The notes under the pieces were generated by a model that worked only from the letters and a program-made list of their open reading frames with translations, was not told where the DNA came from and did no database searches. The position numbers were made by a program, and so were the translations under genes. Positions 27,798 through 36,366 of a DNA stretch of 64,000 nt are shown piece by piece; within the stretch, counting starts at the first letter, position 1; every line of letters starts with the position of its first letter. The DNA comes from Spirochaetales bacterium (GTDB lineage: Bacteria; Spirochaetota; Spirochaetia; SZUA-6; RPPD01), in NCBI GenBank assembly GCA_016930675.1, contig JAFGGG010000003.1, positions 2,879 to 66,878 of the forward strand, given 5' to 3'.

Positions 27798-28331
27798 ATG
27801 AAATCCAAACAAGCTAAAAAAACCAAAAAAAGAAGTACTTCTAAATTAAAGTATAAAGTTGACCAAAAGATAGTCTATCCTCTACAGGGTGTGGGACAGG
27901 TAATGGCTATCGAAGAAAAGAAATTTCAAGGCAAAAAGCTCCTTTACTATATCATTTATTTAGATGTACCCGATATGACCGTAATGGTTCCGGTAGACAA
28001 AGTAGATGAGAGAGGAATCAGGCCGATTGTAGACAAACGGCAAGCGCAAAAGGCATTAAATGTGGTTGCCGAAGATTATCAGCCGATTTCCGCGGATTGG
28101 AAAATGCGCTACCAGATGAATCTTGATCTGTTAAAAAAGGGCAGTGTTTTGGATATCGCCAAAGTGGTACGCTCGCTCTATAACCGCAGTAAAATAAAAG
28201 AACTGCCCATATTGGAACGCAAACTATTCGATACCGCATTAAAATTGCTAATTGATGAAATCGCCTACTCGATGAATAAAGAGAAGGATGAAGTGGAATC
28301 GATGATTTATAAAAAAATGGAGATAGTTTGA
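27798..28331 (+). CDS. CarD/CdnL family transcriptional regulator
   Basis: It has YKVDQKIVYPLQGVGQVMAIEEK. I chose the ATG at 27798 over the upstream alternative start in the ORF track. Confidence 0.85.
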   Translation: MKSKQAKKTKKRSTSKLKYKVDQKIVYPLQGVGQVMAIEEKKFQGKKLLYYIIYLDVPDMTVMVPVDKVDERGIRPIVDKRQAQKALNVVAEDYQPISADWKMRYQMNLDLLKKGSVLDIAKVVRSLYNRSKIKELPILERKLFDTALKLLIDEIAYSMNKEKDEVESMIYKKMEIV

Positions 28332-29005
28332 CTTCCGCAGCTGCCATAATAACCGCTGCCGGTACCAGCTCCCGTATGAATATGAATAAAAAAAAACAGT
28401 ACTTATTGATTGGAGGAGTGCCGGCTTTTTGTAAAGCGGTACGAAGTTTTTTATCCACAAAACGTTTTCAGCATGTAGTAATTACCGTACCCAAAGGTGA
28501 TATTGAATACGCAACAAAACTCGCGCAATCATATTTTAAGCCCTCCGATATCAGCATATTAACGCTGATCGAAGGCGGATCAACCAGACAGGAATCCGTA
28601 TATTTGGCGTTAGAGGCCCTGTCACCGTTCGCACCTGAGATTGTGCTGGTCCATGACGGCGCCCGCCCCTGGATTACAGAAGCGCTTATCAATAAAATAA
28701 CCGATTCCACACTAGTCCACGGGGCGTGTATTCCTGTTATCGATATTCCCGATGCGGTAAAAAAAATAAACGGAACCGGCTTTATCGAACAGCATGTGGA
28801 TAAGAATCGGATAAAAGGAGCGCAAACTCCGCAGGGTTTTCTGTTCTCGGAAATTATAAAAGCACATCGTTTGGCCCGGAACACTGACGCCGTATATCTT
28901 GATGACGCGAAATTGTATACCCTCCTCAAGCAAAAAGTATATACTGTACCCGGTGATCCGGCGAATAGAAAACTCACTTATAAATTTGAGGTGAAAGAAA
29001 AATGA
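28328..29005 (+). CDS. ispD: 2-C-methyl-D-erythritol 4-phosphate cytidylyltransferase
   Basis: It has AAIITAAGTSSRM and VLVHDGARP. Confidence 0.92.
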   Translation: MTSAAAIITAAGTSSRMNMNKKKQYLLIGGVPAFCKAVRSFLSTKRFQHVVITVPKGDIEYATKLAQSYFKPSDISILTLIEGGSTRQESVYLALEALSPFAPEIVLVHDGARPWITEALINKITDSTLVHGACIPVIDIPDAVKKINGTGFIEQHVDKNRIKGAQTPQGFLFSEIIKAHRLARNTDAVYLDDAKLYTLLKQKVYTVPGDPANRKLTYKFEVKEK

Positions 29006-29481
29006 GAATCGGCTTTGGTTATGATATTCATAAATTGGTAAGCGGACGCACATTATATATTGGCGGTGTTGTTATACCCTCCGATAAAGGAGAGCTGGGA
29101 CACTCGGACGGGGATGTACTTATTCACGCGCTTATCGACGCACTACTGGGAGCTGCTGCATTGGGTGATATCGGAGCCTATTTTCCTCCTGAAGATCCTC
29201 AGTATAAAGGAATTTCCAGCCGCATTCTTCTGGTAAAAACCCTAACCCTGCTCCGTGAAAAAGGTTATACAATTATCAATATCGACTGTACAGTAATACT
29301 TGAAAAACCAAAACTACTTCCTCACATCGGTAATATCAGAGAAAATCTGGCACACGACTTGAATCTTCCGTGTTCTTCGATATCAATAAAGAGTAAAACC
29401 AAAGAGGGTTTAGGTTTTACGGGACAGGAACAGGCAATTGAAGCCTACACCATAGTCCTTATTCAAGAACAGACTGCTTAA
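29002..29481 (+). CDS. ispF: 2-C-methyl-D-erythritol 2,4-cyclodiphosphate synthase
   Basis: It has MRIGFGYDIHKL and GHSDGDVLIHALIDALLGA. Confidence 0.95.
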   Translation: MRIGFGYDIHKLVSGRTLYIGGVVIPSDKGELGHSDGDVLIHALIDALLGAAALGDIGAYFPPEDPQYKGISSRILLVKTLTLLREKGYTIINIDCTVILEKPKLLPHIGNIRENLAHDLNLPCSSISIKSKTKEGLGFTGQEQAIEAYTIVLIQEQTA

Positions 29482-29606
29482 TCCTTATACCGTCCAACTA
29501 TAATACTCTCACTTTTTTCTTGGCGATGGCAGAAAAAATAGTTATATTAAGTGCTAAATTGTTCTCTACGGAGGGCACGTTAGCTTAAATTAAGTATTAT
29601 CCATAT

Positions 29607-29640
29607 ACCACCACCTGAAATGGTGGTTTTTTTGGAAGCA
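29607..29640 (+). repeat. modular hairpin repeat, copy 4 (module C plus tail only), a terminator-like hairpin
   Basis: The sequence is ACCACCA-CCTGAAA-TGGTGGT, then TTTTTT, then GGAAGCAAAA. It resembles the C-tail ..GGTGGCTTTTTCGGAAGTAAA of the other copies. Confidence 0.55.
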
Positions 29641-29693
29641 AAAGCAACTATTATTGTTCAAGGGAGGTTATTATTCCAAAATTAGGTATCCTG

Positions 29694-30329
29694 TTGCTTA
29701 TATCAATAATTATTGTCTCATCATATATTCCGTTTGAGGGAAAAACCTCATTTTCCCAGGGCGGGCAGCCGCAAAAAAATCTGGCTGACAGAAAAGTACT
29801 GGGAACATATTTGACCGCAATTGTCGAAGAAGATCTCAGCCTAACGCTTTACCGCAATGAAGTTACCCAAAAAATACTTATATCATATTATACGAAAATA
29901 ACCCGGTCGGAATTAATAACGAGAACCATTCTCAAATACGCCGACATGTATAACATCTCTCCGGCTTTGGCTTTTGCTTTATGCAGCAGAGAAAGCGGAT
30001 TCGATATAAATGCACAAAATATAAATAAGGATGAATCAATCGATCGAGGTCTTTTCCAGCTTAACTCCAAATCATTTCCGGAATTAAGCGAAGATGATTT
30101 CTTCTCTGTCGAAACCAACACCCTTTTCGGCCTGAAATATCTGAAATACTGTCTGGAACAAGGAAATAATGAAATTGTAGCGCTTTCTATGTACAATGCA
30201 GGCGAAGGCAGGATTTCCAGCAAAGGCGCGCCGCTGCTTACCCTTAACTATGTTGCGCGTGTGCTTGATTACAAGGAAAGAATTGAAACCGGTCTGAGAG
30301 ACCTGGTTAAGGAAGTATTATATTCCTGA
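29694..30329 (+). CDS. lytic transglycosylase (SLT domain) protein
   Basis: It has a catalytic block CSRESGFD and GLFQLNS. The start is uncertain: the ORF track uses TTG, while a GGGAGG RBS at 29662-29667 would favour a start near 29670-29675. Confidence 0.8.
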   Translation: MLISIIIVSSYIPFEGKTSFSQGGQPQKNLADRKVLGTYLTAIVEEDLSLTLYRNEVTQKILISYYTKITRSELITRTILKYADMYNISPALAFALCSRESGFDINAQNINKDESIDRGLFQLNSKSFPELSEDDFFSVETNTLFGLKYLKYCLEQGNNEIVALSMYNAGEGRISSKGAPLLTLNYVARVLDYKERIETGLRDLVKEVLYS

Positions 30330-30373
30330 ATAGCAGGCTGGCGCCTGTATATCATAGAAATCCATACGGATAT

Positions 30374-31597
30374 CTACCAATCCAGTAAGCGGCGCTGGCC
30401 TTCCAACTTTTTAATATCCGTGATGTCCTGAGTCACTTCGATCACCCCTTTATAAGTGCCTTGTTCATCGTAGATGGGGAAATAGCGGATATGAATAAAT
30501 CTCTCGTTCATGGTAATCCAAAATTCTGCAACCTGCTGCTTTTTTTCTTTAAAGGCTTTTAAAATGTTTTCAACCACATGCACACTCTTTTGCGGATGAC
30601 AGTTCTGAACATTACGACCGATAATGGCCGGACTGCGGGGGAACACCCGTTCTTCGCTGCCCGTATAATATAAAACCTTATCGTGTTCATCCACGTACGT
30701 AACATCAAAGGGCAGGCTTTTCAGCATAAGATTTATCCGCTCCGTACTGAGGGCCCCTACATCCAAACTAATAGCGGATGCGGATTGAGAAATGCTTTCT
30801 GTTTTACGGGCAATCTCATCTTTCACGATTTTCTGCGCGGCAATACCCGCATCCCAGACATTACCCGGCTTTATCCAGGCATAGCCGATTTCTTTTTCTC
30901 CCTTACGGATCTCTGCCCACTCCCTGTCCGTAAGTTTCTTTAAAGCAGTAGGGAAGAGGATTTTTTCCTCCATAAAAATCATGCTTGAGATTGTTGAAAA
31001 TAGTGAACCGCACTCTTTTACAAGTGCGGAGATTGATCCCTGATCGGACAGCTGATCGCACTGCTTTATTCTTTTCCGAATCTCATTATGCTTACCCCAC
31101 ATGACTTTAGAAGGTCCTGTAAATCCCTTTTGCTCAAGATAGGGAAACAGTTGATTTTCTTTTCTCTGATAATGCAGTTCGATTGGTTTTAATTCATTGA
31201 ATTTACTTTTAAACTGCTGATAGATAGTATCATCCTGTTTTTTTCTTTTTACTTTGCGCAAAAGAGCCTTCAGTTGTTTTATTCTCTGTTTGATCTCTTT
31301 GTTTTCCGCCAGAAACGTATGTACGGGATGTCCGGGCAGCTTGGCCGCTGTTTTCTGCTTGGAAAGTGAATCCTTAAATACTTCAATATGTACTTCACAT
31401 AACCTCTGGATTTCGGCGATAGGAAATCCCTCCTCAAGCAATGTCTGCTCCATCCGGGAAATCTCCTCAGGGCTTACATTCCTAATAAGTTTATGAAAAT
31501 CTTGCTTTACCGCGTCAACACTCTCCCCCTGGTGAAGCCGCTTAATAATGGTTTTCAGTTTTTCCTGTTTTTCCTGGTCCGAAAAATATTCACTCAT
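30374..31597 (-). CDS. DUF438 / hemerythrin-like plus PAS domain protein
   Basis: The N-terminal DUF438-like start (IIKRLHQGESVDAVKQDF), the central hemerythrin-like helices and the C-terminal PAS-like block are all recognised by memory only. Confidence 0.6.
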   Translation of the reverse strand: MSEYFSDQEKQEKLKTIIKRLHQGESVDAVKQDFHKLIRNVSPEEISRMEQTLLEEGFPIAEIQRLCEVHIEVFKDSLSKQKTAAKLPGHPVHTFLAENKEIKQRIKQLKALLRKVKRKKQDDTIYQQFKSKFNELKPIELHYQRKENQLFPYLEQKGFTGPSKVMWGKHNEIRKRIKQCDQLSDQGSISALVKECGSLFSTISSMIFMEEKILFPTALKKLTDREWAEIRKGEKEIGYAWIKPGNVWDAGIAAQKIVKDEIARKTESISQSASAISLDVGALSTERINLMLKSLPFDVTYVDEHDKVLYYTGSEERVFPRSPAIIGRNVQNCHPQKSVHVVENILKAFKEKKQQVAEFWITMNERFIHIRYFPIYDEQGTYKGVIEVTQDITDIKKLEGQRRLLDW

Positions 31598-31622
31598 ACA
31601 TCACTCCTTTTTTGTTTAGACA

Positions 31623-32285
31623 TTAATCCGCGCAATTACATACCGCTTTCCGTTGTAAGAAAGCGGTTATCGATTCCCATCCCTCTTTAAAGGCAAAAAC
31701 CGCGATCCCCATGCTTCCGATAACATCGAAGTATCCTATCGCAAACAGTTCGTACAAGACGCTTGAACCTAATAATATACCCGACAAATAAAAGCAGGTG
31801 AGCGTGCATTTGGCATCGGCTATTATGGCTTTTGAATCAAGGGCATTACCTGTTCCTAACTTGGTATAATATAAAAACAGCATGGTTATAAGTGAAATGA
31901 GTGAGATAATTATGCCCGGAACTGTTGTCAGCGGCTGGTGCTGATATACAATATTAAGCAGCGAGCCTATAATCAATCCCCCGCTCAGCAGCATAAAACT
32001 GATCCCGGTAATAAGCAGGGCACCTCGCTCAAAGCGATTTCTATCAGACTGTGCATTCCTTTTTATCCGAATAACCATATGAAGAATGCCTATTCCCGAC
32101 ATTACCTCTACAAAACTGTCCGCGCCGAAGCCGAACAGGGCTAATGTCTCATCCTGGGTTCCGAAAAAAATTGAAATCAGGCCTTCAATTATATTATAGC
32201 CGATAGTGATTACAGACAATAGTACGGCAATATTTAGCAGTTGTGCTGAAGATTTACTTTTTAAAAGACGTGATAGTGTACGCAT
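31623..32285 (-). CDS. cation-efflux-like membrane protein (short, transmembrane domain only)
   Basis: It has 5-6 TM helices. LALFGFGADSFVEVMSG resembles the CDF TM2 metal-site block. Confidence 0.5.
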   Translation of the reverse strand: MRTLSRLLKSKSSAQLLNIAVLLSVITIGYNIIEGLISIFFGTQDETLALFGFGADSFVEVMSGIGILHMVIRIKRNAQSDRNRFERGALLITGISFMLLSGGLIIGSLLNIVYQHQPLTTVPGIIISLISLITMLFLYYTKLGTGNALDSKAIIADAKCTLTCFYLSGILLGSSVLYELFAIGYFDVIGSMGIAVFAFKEGWESITAFLQRKAVCNCAD

Positions 32286-32362
32286 CTTAAATCAGCTTGT
32301 TATAAGTTTTATATTATATAATACAATCTAAACGCAGCGAATAAAAGAAAAATAATATATTC

Positions 32363-32391
32363 TTGACATAAAAGCCGGAAAATCAAATAAT
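32363..32391 (+). promoter_or_regulatory. candidate sigma-70 promoter of the tyrS leader
   Basis: The elements are TTGACA (32363-32368), a 17-nt spacer, and AATAAT (32386-32391). Confidence 0.45.
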
Positions 32392-32494
32392 GATCTCAAT
32401 ATGCTTATCATAACGAGTTATTATTATTACATCGACTCAAAAATGAGGAGGTTCAGGCCGCCGGAGTAATAACTGTGCATGAAGCATATTATAA

Positions 32495-32530
32495 GGGTGG
32501 CCACTCCCGGAGCGGTCACCCTTTTTTTTT
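32495..32530 (+). terminator. intrinsic terminator inside the tyrS leader (attenuator)
   Basis: The hairpin GGGTGGCCAC-TCCCGGA-GCGGTCACCC is followed by nine T. It lies downstream of a promoter and 22 nt upstream of the tyrS RBS and start. No upstream same-strand gene needs terminating there. Confidence 0.7.
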
Positions 32531-32552
32531 GAATTTTTATGAGGAGGAGATT

Positions 32553-33773
32553 GTGCGCACAGAAATTGAGAGACAGCTCGACGTATTCATGGAAAAAACC
32601 GTTGAGGTTATTCCTCTGCCCGAGCTCCGGTCTAAGCTAAAACGCTCACTTGAAAGCAACACACCGCTGCGCATAAAAATCGGTATTGACCCCACAGCGG
32701 CAAAAATTCACATCGGGCATATGGTGCCATTTCGCAAGATTCGACAGCTTCAAGACCTGGGACACACGGCGGTACTCATTATCGGAGACTTTACCGCTCA
32801 AATCGGCGATCCCACCGGTAAAAACAGGGAGCGGCCGCAGCTTTTATTCAAACAGGTCCTGAAAAACGCACATTCTTATACCGAGCAAATTTTTTCAATC
32901 CTTAATAAAGAGCAGACTGAAGTGTATTTTAATTCGGAATGGTTTAAAGATATGTGTTTGGATGAATTTATGACATTAGCGGCCCGTTTCTCGCTGGCAC
33001 AGCTTATGGCTCACGACAGTTTTAGATTGAGAATGGAAAAGGGTGCCCGCCTCGGTGTTCACGAACTGTTTTATCCCATGTTTCAAGCTTTTGACTCCGT
33101 AAAAACAAAGACGGATGTCGAGGTCGGTGGAAACGACCAGAAATTCAATATTCTCTGCGGACGGGATGTGATGGTTCAGGCAGGATTGAAGCCGCAGATC
33201 GTCCTGCTTCTGCCTCTGCTTTCAGGTACCGACGGTCAAAAAATGAGCAAATCTTTGGGTAATGATATTCCGGTATTCTCAACCGCAGAAGATATGGTGG
33301 GAAAAACAATGTCCATTGCAGACGATCTGATCATTCACTTTTTTACCTATGCTACGGATCTCAATCAAAAAGAAATCACAAACATTGAAAAAGACCTGAA
33401 GGAACAACGGAAAAATCCCCGCGATATTAAACTCATGCTGGCCCGGGAAATCGTGTCGCTGTATCACGATAAAAAAACAGCGGATCAGGCCTGCCGGGAA
33501 TTTCTACAGGTGTTTTCGCGGAAGCAGGCCCCATCCGTTATTGCAGAAGTCCTTATCAAGGAAAAACGCCTTCCGCTTCTCAACTTATTGCGTGATTATA
33601 AGCTTGTAAACTCACTTAGTGAAGCAAGAAGGCTGGTTGAGCAGGGCGGAGTATCAATCGACAGTCAAAAGATTTCAGATGTTAATGCTGTTATGGATGC
33701 GGACCATATTTTTGGTAAAATTTTGAAAATCGGTAAACGGCGCTTTTACAAACTTACAGCGCTTAAAAAATGA
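32553..33773 (+). CDS. tyrS: tyrosine--tRNA ligase (type 2)
   Basis: It has the HIGH motif (KIHIGH), KMSKS and a C-terminal S4-like domain. I set the start to the GTG at 32553, preceded by GAGGAGGAG. The ORF-track start at 32475 lies in the leader and would read through the terminator. Confidence 0.9.
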   Translation: MRTEIERQLDVFMEKTVEVIPLPELRSKLKRSLESNTPLRIKIGIDPTAAKIHIGHMVPFRKIRQLQDLGHTAVLIIGDFTAQIGDPTGKNRERPQLLFKQVLKNAHSYTEQIFSILNKEQTEVYFNSEWFKDMCLDEFMTLAARFSLAQLMAHDSFRLRMEKGARLGVHELFYPMFQAFDSVKTKTDVEVGGNDQKFNILCGRDVMVQAGLKPQIVLLLPLLSGTDGQKMSKSLGNDIPVFSTAEDMVGKTMSIADDLIIHFFTYATDLNQKEITNIEKDLKEQRKNPRDIKLMLAREIVSLYHDKKTADQACREFLQVFSRKQAPSVIAEVLIKEKRLPLLNLLRDYKLVNSLSEARRLVEQGGVSIDSQKISDVNAVMDADHIFGKILKIGKRRFYKLTALKK

Positions 33774-33823
33774 ACGATTCTTATCCTTATAAAAGAAAAT
33801 ACCTATTCTGTTAAAAAAGGCTG

Positions 33824-33852
33824 TTGACATAATTAGTTTTATATAGTACTAT
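33824..33852 (+). promoter_or_regulatory. candidate promoter with direct-repeat operator upstream of marR
   Basis: The elements are TTGACA, a 17-nt spacer, and TACTAT. They overlap the direct repeats TATATAGTACT / TATATAATACT. Confidence 0.35.
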
Positions 33853-33878
33853 TTTATATAATACTGTTTGACAAGGAA

Positions 33879-34334
33879 ATGAAGATGCGGCTGAAAAGAA
33901 AGGGCGGATTCCTGATAAGCAAAATACATCAGGTCGGGGGAAGGATTTTTAATAAGCTGTTGAAGAAACATCATATCGAAGAAATCAACTCTGCCCAAGG
34001 CCGGATCCTCTTTGCGCTTTGGGAAAAAGATAACATTTCCATCAGTCAAATATCGGAAAAAACCCAACTGGAAAAATCAACACTTACCAGTATGCTGGAC
34101 AGATTGGAACAAAGCGGATTCATAAAAAGAATGCCCTCGCCCGATGACAGAAGAAAAATCATTATCAGCCGTACGGAAAAAGATAAAAAATTCCAGGAAC
34201 AGTATCTGGCTGTATCCGAGGAAATGAACAAAGTGTTTTACAAAGGATTTACGGATCAGAAGATCAGCAGTTTTGAAGACAGCCTTGAGCGGATTCTGAA
34301 TAATTTGATCGATGAGGAGAAAGATAATGAATGA
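33879..34334 (+). CDS. MarR family transcriptional regulator
   Basis: The winged-helix block is SQISEKTQLEKSTLTSMLDRLEQSGFIKRMPSPDDRRK. Confidence 0.85.
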   Translation: MKMRLKRKGGFLISKIHQVGGRIFNKLLKKHHIEEINSAQGRILFALWEKDNISISQISEKTQLEKSTLTSMLDRLEQSGFIKRMPSPDDRRKIIISRTEKDKKFQEQYLAVSEEMNKVFYKGFTDQKISSFEDSLERILNNLIDEEKDNE

Positions 34335-35118
34335 CACCTTACAAACAATCAATGCCTTGAGAAGCATTCACGGGAATTTCAGTGAAAAAGAATTAAGCCA
34401 GGAAGAGTTGAATCAAATTCTAAAGGCGAGTATGAAAACGGCCAATGCCTCGGCCCGCCAAAGTTATGCGATCATTGTTCTTGATGACCGTAAGGAAATG
34501 CGGGAGTTGTTCGGGTATCAAGGAAGCCGGGCACTGGTATACTGTGTTGATTTCAATCGGATCGGGCAAACGGCCGACCGCCTGGGACATGCCTATGACA
34601 GCGAAAATATCATCGGATTCATTACCGGTACAACTGATACGATTTTGGCCGCCCAAACCGCGGTAATTGCCGCCGCGTCGCTTGGTATTGATAGTCTGAT
34701 CACAAACGGTCTGCACAGAAACAGTTTGGACAATGTTTATAAAAGCCTCAACCTGCCGCAAACATCCTGCTTTCCGCTTATCACGGTTGTATTGGGATAT
34801 GCGGATGAGGAGCCGGCATCTCAAAAAGGTCGTTTGAGTCCGGAATTCATTGTTCATTACGGAAAATATAAACTACCGGATAATTCCGCCTTAGACCGAA
34901 TTATCGCAGAATATGATGATCCCCAAAAACATATTGGTTTATCAGACGCTTGGGAAAAGCAAGGATTCCGCCATTATCTGGACTGGTATTACACGAAATG
35001 GGAAGGCCTACCTCCCAAAGAAAAAAAAATTGACGGAAAAATCAAAGAGTTTCAGGACAGACTGGTTAAAAGCGGGTTCTGGTGGCCGGAGAATAATACA
35101 AAAGAGTACCAATATTAA
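34327..35118 (+). CDS. nitroreductase family protein
   Basis: LRSIHGNFSEKELS..ASARQSY is nitroreductase-like. I moved the start to the ATG at 34327, behind the RBS GAGGAG. Confidence 0.75.
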   Translation: MNDTLQTINALRSIHGNFSEKELSQEELNQILKASMKTANASARQSYAIIVLDDRKEMRELFGYQGSRALVYCVDFNRIGQTADRLGHAYDSENIIGFITGTTDTILAAQTAVIAAASLGIDSLITNGLHRNSLDNVYKSLNLPQTSCFPLITVVLGYADEEPASQKGRLSPEFIVHYGKYKLPDNSALDRIIAEYDDPQKHIGLSDAWEKQGFRHYLDWYYTKWEGLPPKEKKIDGKIKEFQDRLVKSGFWWPENNTKEYQY

Positions 35119-35132
35119 TACGGAGGAGTATT

Positions 35133-35759
35133 ATGGATGCGTATAAAGCTTTAGCTTCAAGAAAATCTATCAGGGATTTTAAAAATCAGGCCATCGATAA
35201 AAAAATTATTAAGAAAATCATTAATGCGGGCTTATGTGCGCCTTCAAACAATCATCTGCGAGAATGGGAATTCGTTATAGTTCAGGATCGAGCAGCCCGT
35301 CTGAAAGTAATCGATAAGATACAAAAGAAGTATACACAAAAAGGGATTGAAGCCTGGCTCGACAGCTGGAACAGCACGGATTCTGTCCAGCGGGCATGTT
35401 ACCTTGCCGCAGTGCCCAAACAGTATACCATGCTGCTCACGGCTGGCTGTCTGATCCTCCCCTTCTTCCGTCAGCCCGGACCGCTTTTAAAACCCAAAAG
35501 CCTATCCGATTTGAATGCGTTAGCCTCGATCTGGTGCTGCATCGAAAACATGCTGATTGCAGCAGCTGCCGAAGGCATTTACGGTGTCACCAGAATCCCC
35601 TTTAGTAAAGAAATCAACCATATTAAAGAAATCTGTAAAAGTCCGGAGGATTATGAAATCGCCTGCTATCTGGCCTTGGGATATCCCGGAGATCAGGCAA
35701 AACAAACCAGGCAGCGTCCGGTAAAAGCGCAAGAAAAAATTCACTGGAACAGCTGGTAG
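35133..35759 (+). CDS. nitroreductase family protein
   Basis: It has LASRKSIRDFKNQAID and GLCAPSNNHLREW. Confidence 0.82.
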   Translation: MDAYKALASRKSIRDFKNQAIDKKIIKKIINAGLCAPSNNHLREWEFVIVQDRAARLKVIDKIQKKYTQKGIEAWLDSWNSTDSVQRACYLAAVPKQYTMLLTAGCLILPFFRQPGPLLKPKSLSDLNALASIWCCIENMLIAAAAEGIYGVTRIPFSKEINHIKEICKSPEDYEIACYLALGYPGDQAKQTRQRPVKAQEKIHWNSW

Positions 35760-35823
35760 AATTAAAAACGGTATTTTTTTTAAGTCCGTTAGTGCTATAA
35801 TAGTCTTGAAGAGGTAAGCACAC

Positions 35824-36276
35824 ATGAAAACCGTGTTTTTAGTTTTAACTCTCATTATTTTGCCCGGTTTGTTTTTACACGCCTCGCTTATAAAAGTAAC
35901 GGTCGATGCCGCCAGTCCCCCGGCCGGATTTAGCAGAATGTTTAGCCTAAATATAAAATACGAGAATAACCTGTGTCTTATAACCATAACATATGATCCA
36001 AAATTGAAAGAGAAAATTACTGAAAAACTTCCCGACGGTTCTTTTATAGAATACTATTCTGAGAGTGGCATTCAGTCATGTTACCTGTTGTTTTATAACG
36101 ATCAAAACTTCAACTTGCTAACGGCTCCCGTCTGTTTTACCGAATCAAATGCCGGACGCAACTCTGCCACCGTTACCATACAAAAAGATTTATTAAAGCA
36201 GTTAAGAATTCAGCTTTATATCCCTAATATAGTAGAGACATTCTGCTATGAACTGCTTTTTCTGAATGTGGATTAA
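35824..36276 (+). CDS. small secreted hypothetical protein
   Basis: It has a signal peptide (VFLVLTLIILPGLFLHA). No family was recognised. Confidence 0.5.
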   Translation: MKTVFLVLTLIILPGLFLHASLIKVTVDAASPPAGFSRMFSLNIKYENNLCLITITYDPKLKEKITEKLPDGSFIEYYSESGIQSCYLLFYNDQNFNLLTAPVCFTESNAGRNSATVTIQKDLLKQLRIQLYIPNIVETFCYELLFLNVD

Positions 36277-36366
36277 ACCAGCAGTGAAAACATTTTATGC
36301 ATAGTTAAAATTTTATTTTTGCATTACAATAATAATATATCTTCATTTTAAAAACGGAGGTGTATC

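Noticed and set aside
32475-32552. The ORF-track start of tyrS at 32475, and the idea of a Tyr-codon leader peptide (GTG CAT GAA GCA TAT TAT ..., with a GGAG 8 nt upstream).
   Set aside because: This frame has no stop before tyrS and would translate straight through a strong terminator hairpin and T9 tract. The GTG at 32553 has a much better RBS and gives the N-terminal length expected for type 2 TyrRS. Classical leader-peptide attenuation needs a terminated short ORF, which is absent. The tandem TAT TAT is noted but treated as coincidence.
34420-34857. A 145-aa minus-strand ORF, plus the plus-strand ORFs 34445-34666 and 35396-35605, overlapping the nitroreductase genes.
   Set aside because: They overlap well-supported nitroreductase CDSs, and their Arg/Cys/Gln-rich composition is typical of out-of-frame translation.
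36277-36366. A sigma-28 or sigma-54 promoter upstream of the flagellin-like gene (TAAA-N15-TACAATAA, and TTTTGCAT).
   Set aside because: Only 5 of 8 positions match the sigma-28 -10 element GCCGATAA. No GG lies at the correct distance from the TTGC-like element for sigma-54. This is too weak to call.
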